The notes under the pieces were generated by a model, which saw nothing but the letters and a program-made list of their open reading frames with translations, had not been told where the DNA came from and searched no databases. 58,379 bases of DNA, taken from the IMG/VR virus record IMGVR_UViG_3300027965_000006, positions 1-58,379 of that record; one strand, 5' to 3'. Below, one piece after another: positions 25,416-34,977 of this stretch. Numbering within the stretch: position 1 is the first letter of the stretch; the number at the start of each line of letters is the position of its first letter. The translations under genes and the position numbers were made by a program. This DNA comes from a virus. Taxonomy: Duplodnaviria; Caudoviricetes.

Positions 25416-28226
25416 ATGGGCATGACGCCGGCTCAGGCGGCGGTTTTCGCCCGCGCGCTCAAGCGCGGCCGCGAAATCCAGGAGGCGGAGCGCTGCGAGG
25501 CGAGCCTCTACGAGTTCGTCAAGGCTGCCTGGCACGTGTTCGACCCGGCCGAGTTCGTCGGCAACTGGCACCTGGAGGACATCTGCGAGCACCTGGAGGC
25601 GGTGGCGCGCGGCAACATCCCGCGGCTCCTGATCAACGAGCCGCCGCGCACCGGGAAGACCGCCCTGGTATCGATCTGCTTCCCGGCGTGGGTGTGGGCG
25701 CAGCGCGAAAAGGGCCCGCTGATGGGCCCGCAGGTCTCGTTCTACTACGCGAGCTACGCCGAGCAGCTGTCGCTCGAGCATTCGCTCAAATGTCGGCGCC
25801 TGATCGAATCGCGCTGGTATCAGCGGCTATGGGGCAGTCGCTTCAAGCTGGTCTCCGACCGCAATACCAAGGGGCACTTCGAGAACGACAAGGGTGGCTA
25901 CCGCATGGCGTCGTCGGTCGACGCGAGAGCCACGGGGTTTGGCGCGGATATCTTGTGCCTGCCAAAGGATGAGCATATACTCACGTCTTCGGGATGGCTC
26001 CCGATCGGAAAAATAGTTGGGGAAAAACTGGACGTCGAGGTCGCGGGCTATGACCACGCGACCGGATGTGTCGTTTGGCAGAGAATCCTTGAGCACGAAC
26101 AAAATCCGGGACGGCCGCTCGTCGCAGTCACTTTTGATGGCGGCTCTTTTCGGTGCACCGACGACCATCCCGTCTTCGTCGAGGGACGGGGTTACGTCCC
26201 CGCCGGAAGCGTCCGTGTCGGTGACCGCCTCATCCTGTGTGATCTGTCAGGGCCCGCTCTATTTCGCGAAACGCAGGGCGAGCAACAAGGTGACGTGCTC
26301 GGCGCGATGCTATGCGGAACTACAGCGGCGCAGGATCGCGGCGAGTACCACGCCATGCAGGGTATGCGGCGCCCCGGTCTACGCGACGCCAGCACACCGA
26401 CGCCGTGGCAATGGGCAGTATTGCTCAAGGGTTTGTTCAGGAAAGGCAGAAGCCGGCGCGAAAAATCATCAGTGGCTTGGCGGAAAGGTTACGAAGAACT
26501 GCAAGCGTTGCGGTGCCGAGTTTCGCTGCGATCCGGGGCAATCGGCGCGACGGCAATACTGCAGCCATTCGTGCACTTCTCGTTCGGCATGGGATCGGCG
26601 CGGTCGGATGCCGTGGCGAAATTGCGAGGAGTGCGGGCTGCCGTTCAAGCGTGGCGCAGTGGACGGCAAGAAGGTCAGATTCTGCTGCAAGGCATGCAAG
26701 GACCGGGCGCATGCCAAAGAGATGCGGGACCGGGGCAATCCGCGCTACGTCCACGGCGAATCTCGGCGGCGATACGGGCGTGGTTGGACAAGGGGGCGCA
26801 AGCTATCCGTTCGCTCTCGGGATGGCTTCATGTGCCGCGTTTGCAGCCTGCCGGAATCGGAGCATGGGACGGCGTTGCACGTGCACCACATCAACTACGA
26901 CAAGAACGACATGGCGCTCGACAACCTGATTTCAGCCTGTCGCGACTGCCACGGTCGGATGCACGGGACGCCCGACCAGCGCAAGGAGTGGCAACGGCGG
27001 TTGTCCGCTCTATTGAGCGCGCCGGCTACGCCGAGCACACCTACAATCTCAATGTAAGCCCCTGCCACAACTACTTTGCCGGCGGCGCGTTGCTGCACAA
27101 CTGCGCCGACGACCCGCACCTCGTGAAAGAGGCCGAATCGGACCTCGTGCGCGAGGGCGTGGTGCGGTGGTGGAGTGAGACGATGCCGAGCCGCATGAAC
27201 GACCGGCGCACCGGCGCCATGGTCGTGGTGATGCAGCGCGTGCACGAAGGCGATCTTTCGGGGCACATCCTCGCCAACGACCTCGGCTACGTGCATATCT
27301 GCGTGCCGCTCTGCTACGTGCCGTGCTTCCACGTCAATGCCTGGGTCGGCGACCGGATCGAGACGATCATCGGCGAGGAAGACGTCGCGGAAATTGCTGA
27401 CGAGGACGTGTTCTGGACCGATCCGCGCACCGAGGAGGGCGAGCTGCTGTGGCCCGCCCGCCTGCCGGCGAGCGAGGTGGCGAAGATCGAAAAAGAGGTG
27501 GGCCCGTATGGGTTTGCGGGGCAATACCAGCAGGAGCCGGCCCCGCGCGGCGGCGGAATCATCCGCGCCGAGTGGTGGCAGCAATACAACGACGACGTCG
27601 GGGCCGACGCCGGCGCCAAGCCGGGGCAATACCCGCCGTGCGAATACATCCTCGCGTCGCTCGACACCGCCTACACCGAAAAAGAGGAAAATGACTATTC
27701 GGCGCTGTCGATCTGGGGCATCTGGCGCGACAAGAACGGCAACCCGCAGATCATCCTCATGCTGTGCTGGCAGGAGCGGCTCCAGATACACGAGCTGGTG
27801 AGCCGGGTCGGGGCGGACTGCAAGACCTTCACGGTCGACCGGCTGATCATCGAGGACAAGGCGGCCGGCCATTCGGTGAGCCAGGAACTGGCGCGGCTGT
27901 TCGGCACGTTTGATTTCGGCATCGAGCTGGTCAATCCCCGGACCGGGTTCATCAAATCGCCCGACAAGGTGGCGCGGCTGCAGACGGTGGTGCACTTGTT
28001 CGCCGAGGGGCTTGTCTGGGCTCCGGACAAGGCGTGGGCGGACGAGATGATCAAGCAGTGCGCCCTGGTGCCGCGCGCGCTGCACGACGATCTGGCGGAT
28101 TCGATGAGCCAAGCCCTGATCTACCTGCGCCGCGCCGGCTGGGCGCAGCGCAAGGAGGAGCGGGCGATCGAGGTCGAGGACGAGCTACGCTATCGGCCCC
28201 GGTCCGGGGCGCTCTATCCGGTGTGA
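25416..28226 (+). CDS. terL: Terminase large subunit (intein-containing)
   Basis: ATG 25416 with GGAG SD. Walker A NEPPRTGKT; Walker B ADIL|CADDPH split by the intein; VMQRVHEGD, GQYQQEP, SLDTAY, IEDKAAG, HDDLADS. Confidence 0.95.
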   Translation: MGMTPAQAAVFARALKRGREIQEAERCEASLYEFVKAAWHVFDPAEFVGNWHLEDICEHLEAVARGNIPRLLINEPPRTGKTALVSICFPAWVWAQREKGPLMGPQVSFYYASYAEQLSLEHSLKCRRLIESRWYQRLWGSRFKLVSDRNTKGHFENDKGGYRMASSVDARATGFGADILCLPKDEHILTSSGWLPIGKIVGEKLDVEVAGYDHATGCVVWQRILEHEQNPGRPLVAVTFDGGSFRCTDDHPVFVEGRGYVPAGSVRVGDRLILCDLSGPALFRETQGEQQGDVLGAMLCGTTAAQDRGEYHAMQGMRRPGLRDASTPTPWQWAVLLKGLFRKGRSRREKSSVAWRKGYEELQALRCRVSLRSGAIGATAILQPFVHFSFGMGSARSDAVAKLRGVRAAVQAWRSGRQEGQILLQGMQGPGACQRDAGPGQSALRPRRISAAIRAWLDKGAQAIRSLSGWLHVPRLQPAGIGAWDGVARAPHQLRQERHGARQPDFSLSRLPRSDARDARPAQGVATAVVRSIERAGYAEHTYNLNVSPCHNYFAGGALLHNCADDPHLVKEAESDLVREGVVRWWSETMPSRMNDRRTGAMVVVMQRVHEGDLSGHILANDLGYVHICVPLCYVPCFHVNAWVGDRIETIIGEEDVAEIADEDVFWTDPRTEEGELLWPARLPASEVAKIEKEVGPYGFAGQYQQEPAPRGGGIIRAEWWQQYNDDVGADAGAKPGQYPPCEYILASLDTAYTEKEENDYSALSIWGIWRDKNGNPQIILMLCWQERLQIHELVSRVGADCKTFTVDRLIIEDKAAGHSVSQELARLFGTFDFGIELVNPRTGFIKSPDKVARLQTVVHLFAEGLVWAPDKAWADEMIKQCALVPRALHDDLADSMSQALIYLRRAGWAQRKEERAIEVEDELRYRPRSGALYPV
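25956..27101 (+). mobile_element. Intein (382 aa) in terL Walker B
   Basis: Block A CLPKDEHILT; block B FRCTDDHPVFV; blocks F/G TYNLNVSPCHNYFAGGALLHN followed by extein Cys+1. Confidence 0.93.
26050..27057 (+). CDS. Zn-finger-repeat HNH endonuclease in the +1 frame inside the intein (start ATG 26050 or GTG 26215)
   Basis: Four CxxC...C[SC]xxC modules, then RDGFMCRVC...LHVHHINYDKNDMALDNLISACRDCHGRMH. Confidence 0.88.
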   Translation: MTTRPDVSFGRESLSTNKIRDGRSSQSLLMAALFGAPTTIPSSSRDGVTSPPEASVSVTASSCVICQGPLYFAKRRASNKVTCSARCYAELQRRRIAASTTPCRVCGAPVYATPAHRRRGNGQYCSRVCSGKAEAGAKNHQWLGGKVTKNCKRCGAEFRCDPGQSARRQYCSHSCTSRSAWDRRGRMPWRNCEECGLPFKRGAVDGKKVRFCCKACKDRAHAKEMRDRGNPRYVHGESRRRYGRGWTRGRKLSVRSRDGFMCRVCSLPESEHGTALHVHHINYDKNDMALDNLISACRDCHGRMHGTPDQRKEWQRRLSALLSAPATPSTPTISM

Positions 28227-28414
28227 CGAAATCCGCTGATCGCCCAGGCCAGCAGTCCGCCGATCAACAGGACGGCGAGGGGCGGAACGGCGCACAGGCG
28301 GATGGCGACATCGAGCGGAGACGACCACGCGATCGGCACGGTGATCACGAGCCATAGCGCCGTCGCCGCGAGCCAAAGGCGGACGAGGCCGCGTCGCCAG
28401 TTTATCCGGGCCAT
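28214..28414 (-). CDS. Small two-TM membrane protein (moron)
   Basis: MARINWRRGLVRLWLAATALWLV...LAWAISGF; antisense between terL and portal. Confidence 0.65.
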   Translation of the reverse strand: MARINWRRGLVRLWLAATALWLVITVPIAWSSPLDVAIRLCAVPPLAVLLIGGLLAWAISGFRHTG

Positions 28415-28513
28415 GTTCCTGCTCCCCGTCCGCAATCTTATACCGCCATCGCCCCTAGCGCCACGGGCGCGGCTGTGTTATTTCCATGGAAGGAGTGAAT
28501 TATCGCTCATCAC

Positions 28514-30949
28514 ATGGCCGCGCCCACCAGCCTTCGCCTCGTTGACCAGCAGCCGGACGCCGAGCCGCTCGCGCCGTCGACGGTGCAGTTGCCGGGCGAC
28601 GATGACGGCATCTCGCTGGAGAACGGCGCGCTCAAGGTCGAGCGGCCGGACGGTTCGGTCACCATCGACCTCAATCCGGATCTGTCCGGCGCGCAATCGG
28701 GCAGCGGCGACTTCTACCGCAACCTCGCCCTTGAGATCGCCGAGGCCGATCTCGCGGCGATTGCGACCGATCTTCTGACCGGCATCGAGTACGACGAGCA
28801 GTCGCGGCGGGAATGGCTGGAGACGCGGGCGACCGGAATCAAGCTCTTGGCGCTCAAGCTGGAGGAGCCGCGCGGCGACGTCGGGACGTCATCGGCCCCG
28901 CTCGAAGGCATGGCGACCATCCGCCATCCGCTCCTGCTGGAGGCGACGGTCCGGTTCCAGGCGACGGCGCGCGGCGAGTTGCTGCCCGCCGCAGGTCCCG
29001 TGAAGGTGCGCAACGACGCGACGCCGGCCCCGGAGCCGCCCGCACCGGGCACGCCGCCGGCCGCGATCGGCCACAACGGCGGACCGTCGATGACCGAACT
29101 CGACGATCTCGGCACCGCGCTCGAAAAGGACATGAACCACTATCTCACGGTGACGGCGAGCGAATACGTCGCCGACACCGACCGCATGCTGTTCTACATC
29201 GGCTTCGGCGGGGACGGATTCAAGAAGGTCTACAACTGCCCGCTGCGCCGCCGCCCGGTGTCCGAATCGGTCGATGCCGAGAACATCATCGTGTCGAACG
29301 CCGCGACCGACCTGCAGAACTGCGGCAGAGTGACTCACCGCATCAAGATGCGGCCGTCGGTGCTGCGCCGCATGCAGATCGTCGGCGAGTACCGCGACGT
29401 GCCGCTCAATCCGCCGAATCCGTCCGAGCCGGTCAACGCGGTGGACAAGGAGAAGGCCGCTATCGCCGGGGTGAAACCGCAGCCGCAGCGACCGAAGGAC
29501 AACGATTACACGGTCTATGAGGTCTACTGCGAGCTCGACCTCGACAAGTTCGCGCCGGACCAGTTCAAGGGCAAGGCGCTGCCGCTGCCCTATGTGGTGA
29601 CGCTGGAGAAGGAAAGCCGACAGGTTCTGCAAGTTCGGCGCAACTGGAACGAGGACGATCCGCAGTGCCTCGCCAAGCGGTTCTTCGTCCAGTTCCCGTT
29701 CATCCGCGGCCTCGGTTTCTACGGGCTCGGGCTGATCCACCTGCTCGGCAACGTGACGATGACGCTGACGGCGGTGTGGCGCGAGTTCATCGACAGCGGG
29801 ATGTTCGCGAATTTTTCCGGCTGGCTATTCGCCAAGGGCGCCGGGCGCCAACTCACCAATCAGCTTCGCGTGCCGCCGGGCGGCGGCATCGGGGTCGACG
29901 TGCCGCCGGGCATGCGGATCCAGGACGCCTTCATGCCGCTCCCGTACAAGGAGCCCGGCGCATCGTTCTCGCAATTCGTCACCCACGTCGAGGAGGTCGG
30001 CCAGCGGCTCGGGCAGACCGCCGACGTCAACATCGGCGAGGGCAAGCAGGACATGCCGGTCGGAACCACCATGGCGCTGATCGAGCAGTCGACCAAGGTC
30101 ATCGACTCGGTGCACAAGCGGCTGCACGCCGCCCAGGCCGAGGAGTTCGCGCTGCTCAAGGAGCGCTTCCGCGAGGATCCGGAGGCGTTCTGGCGCCACA
30201 ACAAGAAGCCGGCGCGGCAGTGGCAGGTGGAAGAGTTCAAGCGGGCGCTGGAGCAGCGTGAGCTTGTCCCGGTCGCCGATCCGAACAACCCGACGTCGCT
30301 GCATCGCATCGCCAAGGCGACGATCATCGATGCGCTGGTGACCAAGTATCAGCAATTGTTCAACGCGCCGAACGCGGTGCGTCGCATCCTGCGGGTCGCC
30401 GGGATCGATGCCGAGGGGTTGCTCAATGCGCAGCCGGCGCCGCCCCCGCCCGACCCGCGCTTTGCCGCGATCCAGGCCAAGGCGCAGGCCGAGGCGATGA
30501 AGGCCGAGATCGACAAGGCGCGGGTGCTGATCCAGGCGCAGACCGCGCAGGCCAATTTCGCCGACAAGCAGGCCGAACGCGCCTTCAAGGAGCGCATGCA
30601 GCAGTTCGAGATGTATCTCGAGGCGATGCGGGTGCAGGCCGAGGCGATAATCCACGCGCATGACCTGCACCGCGACAACGTGCAGGCCGCTTCCGAGATC
30701 GAAACGCAGCGCGCGCAGGCGGCACACGAGATCGCGATGGACCACGCCGCACACCAGCAGGACATGACGCACGAGGCGCAGCGGCACGAGCTCGGCCTTG
30801 CGGCCGAGCGGGCGCGCGCCGAGCAGCAAGGCGGCGCCGTCGAAGATCGCCACGAGCAGCAGATGCGCCACGCCGACGAGAAGCACGAGGCGCAACTGGC
30901 GCATCAGCGCGCCATGGCGGCCGCAAAGCCCAAACCGGGAGAGAAATGA
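28514..30949 (+). CDS. Portal protein
   Basis: 811 aa after terL; HPLLLEATVRFQATARGELLPAAGPVK, GFYGLGLIHLLG, PVGTTMALIEQ; long helical C-terminus. Confidence 0.9.
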   Translation: MAAPTSLRLVDQQPDAEPLAPSTVQLPGDDDGISLENGALKVERPDGSVTIDLNPDLSGAQSGSGDFYRNLALEIAEADLAAIATDLLTGIEYDEQSRREWLETRATGIKLLALKLEEPRGDVGTSSAPLEGMATIRHPLLLEATVRFQATARGELLPAAGPVKVRNDATPAPEPPAPGTPPAAIGHNGGPSMTELDDLGTALEKDMNHYLTVTASEYVADTDRMLFYIGFGGDGFKKVYNCPLRRRPVSESVDAENIIVSNAATDLQNCGRVTHRIKMRPSVLRRMQIVGEYRDVPLNPPNPSEPVNAVDKEKAAIAGVKPQPQRPKDNDYTVYEVYCELDLDKFAPDQFKGKALPLPYVVTLEKESRQVLQVRRNWNEDDPQCLAKRFFVQFPFIRGLGFYGLGLIHLLGNVTMTLTAVWREFIDSGMFANFSGWLFAKGAGRQLTNQLRVPPGGGIGVDVPPGMRIQDAFMPLPYKEPGASFSQFVTHVEEVGQRLGQTADVNIGEGKQDMPVGTTMALIEQSTKVIDSVHKRLHAAQAEEFALLKERFREDPEAFWRHNKKPARQWQVEEFKRALEQRELVPVADPNNPTSLHRIAKATIIDALVTKYQQLFNAPNAVRRILRVAGIDAEGLLNAQPAPPPPDPRFAAIQAKAQAEAMKAEIDKARVLIQAQTAQANFADKQAERAFKERMQQFEMYLEAMRVQAEAIIHAHDLHRDNVQAASEIETQRAQAAHEIAMDHAAHQQDMTHEAQRHELGLAAERARAEQQGGAVEDRHEQQMRHADEKHEAQLAHQRAMAAAKPKPGEK

Positions 30950-31176
30950 TGCCCCATATCCACCATGACGACGCCCGCAAGTCGCGCGGCGACAAGCTCA
31001 AGGCCATGACCGGCCAGCGCGGCGAGTACCCGCCCGATCGCGCGGCGCGCATCGCCAATCTCGGCGCCAGCGGCAGCGCGCAGGGCGATGCCGCCAAGCC
31101 GCCAGCCGAGGTCTTCGTCGGCGCCCCGGCGCGGCAGGTTTCCAACACCGGAAAGGTCATCGGAGAGGACGACTGA
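30946..31176 (+). CDS. Hypothetical protein
   Basis: ATGA-coupled to the portal gene. Confidence 0.6.
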   Translation: MMPHIHHDDARKSRGDKLKAMTGQRGEYPPDRAARIANLGASGSAQGDAAKPPAEVFVGAPARQVSNTGKVIGEDD

Positions 31177-31177
31177 C

Positions 31178-31702
31178 ATGCACCCCTTCCATCGCCACAA
31201 CGAGCACAAGAAGTCGCACGAGCGCGTCGGCCACATCCTCAAGCACGAGCCGAAGGATCAGCAGCGCCACGACGGCAAGGCATTCAGCCATCACGTCCGC
31301 TCAAAGTCGGCCGCCGTCGCGCACGAGCACAAGGTCGCTGGCAAGAAGAAGCCTGGACGCTACGCCCGTGGCGGCAAGGTCAAGGGTCATCAGACGAACA
31401 TCGCGATTGTGGTCCCGCACCGTTCACCCTCCCCCACGCCCGCGGGGCCACAAGCCGGGGCGGCCCCACCCATCCCCCCCATGGCGGCCGCCCCGGCGCC
31501 CATGGCCCCCCCGCCTCCCGGCATGCCGATGCGCGCCCGCGGCGGCAAGGTGATCGACGGCGAGGCGACCGCCGGCAATATCGGCAAGTGGGGCAGGCGC
31601 GCCGCCAAGAACTCCTATGCGCGCGGCGGCCGCCTGCCGAGCGCCGGCGCGCAGACTGGCGTCGCGCGGCTGCAACAGGCGCACGCCCGGGGCCATCGCT
31701 GA
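31178..31702 (+). CDS. His/Lys/Pro-rich protein with repeated ARGG motifs
   Basis: ATG 31178 with GAGG SD; YARGGKV, RARGGKV, YARGGRL. Confidence 0.75.
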   Translation: MHPFHRHNEHKKSHERVGHILKHEPKDQQRHDGKAFSHHVRSKSAAVAHEHKVAGKKKPGRYARGGKVKGHQTNIAIVVPHRSPSPTPAGPQAGAAPPIPPMAAAPAPMAPPPPGMPMRARGGKVIDGEATAGNIGKWGRRAAKNSYARGGRLPSAGAQTGVARLQQAHARGHR

Positions 31703-31911
31703 TGGCGGACGGTCTTCCGGTCATCGCCAGCCGGCACGCAAGCGTGCTCAAGCAGAAGATCGCGGCCGAGCGCGACAAGCTGCTCGAATCGCTCGCTGCC
31801 GGCGTGCCGGACTGGAATGTCTATCAACAGGTCGTCGGCCGGCTCGCCGGATTGAGCGACGCCGAGAAACTCAGCGACGACGCGGATTACGAACTCAGCG
31901 GAGGTTCCTGA
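31702..31911 (+). CDS. Small head-module protein
   Basis: MADGLPVIAS...LAAGVPDWNVYQQVVGRLAGL; TGATG coupling. Confidence 0.75.
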   Translation: MADGLPVIASRHASVLKQKIAAERDKLLESLAAGVPDWNVYQQVVGRLAGLSDAEKLSDDADYELSGGS

Positions 31912-32316
31912 ATGTCGATTGCCAGTGCCAAGAAGATCGAGGTAATCGCCCAGGCGAAGGACCCGAAACAGGCGATTTTTGATGCGGTGGGCGACCTCAC
32001 CGGCGTCGAGGTGTTTTCCGACCTCGTGCTGGTCGGCACCTTCATCCGCAACGAGAAGACGGCGGGGGGAATCATCATGCCGACCTCGCACCTGCAGGAG
32101 GACGAATTCCAGGGCAAGGTCGGGCTGGTGCTCAAGTCGGGCCCGCTCGCCTGGCTCGATGGCGAGAATGAGCCCGGGAGCAACGCGCGGCCCGGCACCT
32201 GGGTCGTCTATGCCATCAAGGACGGCTGGCCGGTGCAGATCAACGGCACCGCCTGCCGCTTCGTGCCCTACGAGAAGCTGCGCGCGCGCGTCGCCGACCC
32301 GAAGGCGGTGTTCTAA
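31912..32316 (+). CDS. GroES-like co-chaperonin
   Basis: DLVLV...EKTAGGIIMP (mobile loop)...GLVLKSGP...GTWVVY. Confidence 0.8.
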   Translation: MSIASAKKIEVIAQAKDPKQAIFDAVGDLTGVEVFSDLVLVGTFIRNEKTAGGIIMPTSHLQEDEFQGKVGLVLKSGPLAWLDGENEPGSNARPGTWVVYAIKDGWPVQINGTACRFVPYEKLRARVADPKAVF

Positions 32317-33353
32317 TGCCCAAACTGCGCCCCCTGAAGAAGCCGGAAGAGATCGCCGCCGTGCCGGCCGACCAGCCAGTCGCAATCGACCTGTCGCCCG
32401 CCGAGTCGCCGGAGCCCGAGGCGCCGGAGACGCTGGGCGAGCAGCCGCGCGATGCTGCTGGCCGATTTGCGGCCACGCCGCCGCCGGAGCCGGAGGAGCC
32501 GGAAGAGGGCGCCGAGCCGGCGGAGAACTCGCTCGCAAAACAGCTCGAAGCCGCGAAGCAGGCCGAGGCGGCGGCGAAGCAGCGGGCCGATGCGGAAGCC
32601 GCGCGCGCCGAGGCGGCGCTGCGGCAGGCGCGCGAGACCGAGGCCAATCTCGCCCGCGAGCGGGCCGGCCGCGAGCAGGCCGAATACGACACGGTGGTCA
32701 ACGCGATCGGTGCGGCGCAGGCCGAATTGGAGAAGGCCGAATCGGATTACGAGGCCGCGGCCGCCGCGCAGGACTGGAAGGCCGCAGCCGCCGCGCAACG
32801 GCGCATGTCGACGGCGGGTGCGCGGCTGGTACAGCTCGAGGACGGCAAGGTCGCAATCGAGGCGCGCCGCGAGGAAGAGAAGAAGCGCCCCGACCCGCCG
32901 CCCCAAGCGCATGACTTCGAGGCGAAGATCGCAGCGCTTCCAGAGCCGGCCAAGACGTGGTTGCGCGCCCGCCCGGAATACATGAACGATCAGGACAAGA
33001 ACGAGCAGATCGGCGCGGCCCACAACTACGTCGTGAAGGTGCAGCGGAAGCAGGCGTGGACGCCGGAATATTTCGAGGCGCTGGAGACGCATCTCGGCAT
33101 TCGCAAGTCGCCGACAGTACCCGATCCCGAGCCTGAACCGCAACCGCAGACCCGAAGGAGCCCGCCCATGTCCGCCCCCGTTTCCCGCGACGCGCCGAAC
33201 CTCTCGACCGGCCGGCCGCAGAGTCGCACCATCACGCTGTCGCCGGCGCAGAGGGACGCAGCTCGGATCAGCGGAATTTCGGAAACCGAATATGCGAAGA
33301 ACCTGATTCGCCTCAATGAGTTGAAGGCCCAGGGGCATTACCAAGAGCGATGA
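32316..33353 (+). CDS. Putative capsid scaffolding protein
   Basis: Acidic/Pro-rich N-terminus, coiled coil, C-terminal ITLSPAQRDAARISGISETEYAK; upstream of the capsid genes. Confidence 0.75.
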   Translation: MPKLRPLKKPEEIAAVPADQPVAIDLSPAESPEPEAPETLGEQPRDAAGRFAATPPPEPEEPEEGAEPAENSLAKQLEAAKQAEAAAKQRADAEAARAEAALRQARETEANLARERAGREQAEYDTVVNAIGAAQAELEKAESDYEAAAAAQDWKAAAAAQRRMSTAGARLVQLEDGKVAIEARREEEKKRPDPPPQAHDFEAKIAALPEPAKTWLRARPEYMNDQDKNEQIGAAHNYVVKVQRKQAWTPEYFEALETHLGIRKSPTVPDPEPEPQPQTRRSPPMSAPVSRDAPNLSTGRPQSRTITLSPAQRDAARISGISETEYAKNLIRLNELKAQGHYQER

Positions 33354-33392
33354 TTCCCGAGCGATTGGCTTCACGTTTGAGGAGATAGAAGC

Positions 33393-33992
33393 ATGACCGA
33401 CCAGCCCAACCCGTTCGCCCCGCGCAAGCCCGGCCGCCCGGCCCGCAAGCCCGCCGCACCCGCAGCCGAACCCGCGCCGCAGCGGCTCGCCGCCAAGCCG
33501 TCGCTCCTCTCCAAGATGAAGGCGCGGCCGAACTGGGACGACGATACCGCGCTCATGGTCGGCGAGGAGGGCACCGATACGCTGAAGATCCCGGACGACA
33601 TCGTGCAATCGCTGTGGCGCGACGGCATCGCGCTCGAATGGCACACCCGCACGGTGCGCGGCCAGGAGGCGCGGGGACAGGTGGCAAGCTCGGTCAAGGG
33701 CGGCTGGACGCCGGTGCACAACAGCGACTTCGACGGCCTGCTCGACGGCATGTTCCTGCCCAAGGGCATGGACGACTACATCGCCAAAGATGACTGCTTC
33801 CTGGTGGCGCGGCCGGTCGGCGTGCACCAGCGGGCGAAGCAGCGCGAGCGGGCACTGGCGCGGGCGCCGCTGGAGGTGAAGGCGGCCGAGATCGGGCAGG
33901 GCATACCGGGCGTGACCGGGGCCGATCATCCCTCGGCACGCAGCCAGAACCGTATCAACGTGACGCGCGAGCGGATCGAAATTCCGGAGTGA
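33393..33992 (+). CDS. Head-module hypothetical protein
   Basis: GAGGAG SD; GWTPV motif. Confidence 0.75.
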   Translation: MTDQPNPFAPRKPGRPARKPAAPAAEPAPQRLAAKPSLLSKMKARPNWDDDTALMVGEEGTDTLKIPDDIVQSLWRDGIALEWHTRTVRGQEARGQVASSVKGGWTPVHNSDFDGLLDGMFLPKGMDDYIAKDDCFLVARPVGVHQRAKQRERALARAPLEVKAAEIGQGIPGVTGADHPSARSQNRINVTRERIEIPE

Positions 33993-34296
33993 TCCTGTGG
34001 CACGCCGCGGATGCTCCATCTGCGGGCGCCCGATCATCGCCCGGCGACCGGGTTGGGGGAGAATGGTCGCCCCGGGGCGAGATCACGATCTCTGTCAGCG
34101 TTGCTGGAAGGCGGAACGCGACCGTCTCCGGCCGAAGCGCCGGCCCCCACTTGCGCAATCGCGTGAACCAGTATAATAGTCGTTCATTGCTTCATGGGCG
34201 GCGCTCGCCCGAAGCCTAAACCATCGCACGCCGTGATGGCTCGGATGTGACCGAAAACCGCGTGGACGCGGGGCCGGTCGACATGAGGAGCTATCA

Positions 34297-34965
34297 GTGG
34301 CGAACACCCTCGCAAATCCCACCGGAGGCTTTCAGTGGTTCGGCCGCCAAGACGGCGGCTCGCCCACGGCCGGCCTCACCCCCGTCTGGATCGGCACCTC
34401 CGACGCCAGCACGATCTTCAAGGGCGACCCGGTCATCACGTCATCGGCCGGAGGCGCCAACAACAACGGGCGCTACATCACCCAGGCCACGAGCGGCAAC
34501 AGCCAGATCGTCGGCGTCTTCATGGGGATGGAGCAGTACAACCCCACGGTCGGCCGCACCATCTGGCACAACTTCTACAACGGCACGATCTCGAACTCGA
34601 CCGGCGACATCAAGGCGTGGATCATCGATGATCCGAGCGCGCTGTTCCTGGTCCAGGGCTCGACGGTCCAGACGCTGCTCTCATCGTTCATTGGCCTGAA
34701 CGCCGGCTTCACGGCTAACTCGTCGAGCGGCAACACCACCTCCGGCCTTTCCAACGTCGCGCTGCAGTCGACCACGGTCGGCTCGACCAACACGCTGCCG
34801 TTCCGCATCGTCGACTTCTACTCGGCTTACGCGCCGCCGGCCAACCCCGGCAACCTCTCCAGCAACGCCTTCGTCAACGGCACCGACAACACTACCGCGG
34901 CGAACATGGTGCTCGTCCGCCTCAACAACTGCGACCGTCTCAATCTGACGGCGCGGTCGTCGTAA
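34297..34965 (+). CDS. Virion structural protein (capsid decoration-like), Ser/Thr/Asn-rich
   Basis: GTG start with GAGGAG SD; IFKGDPV, GVFMG, DDPSALFLVQ; directly before the major capsid gene. Confidence 0.8.
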   Translation: MANTLANPTGGFQWFGRQDGGSPTAGLTPVWIGTSDASTIFKGDPVITSSAGGANNNGRYITQATSGNSQIVGVFMGMEQYNPTVGRTIWHNFYNGTISNSTGDIKAWIIDDPSALFLVQGSTVQTLLSSFIGLNAGFTANSSSGNTTSGLSNVALQSTTVGSTNTLPFRIVDFYSAYAPPANPGNLSSNAFVNGTDNTTAANMVLVRLNNCDRLNLTARSS

Positions 34966-34977
34966 GGGGAGCCCACC

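Noticed and set aside
25956-27101. Group I intron carrying the HNH gene
   Set aside because: The terL frame is uninterrupted and has complete intein blocks A, B, F and G with Cys+1, so protein splicing explains the insert.
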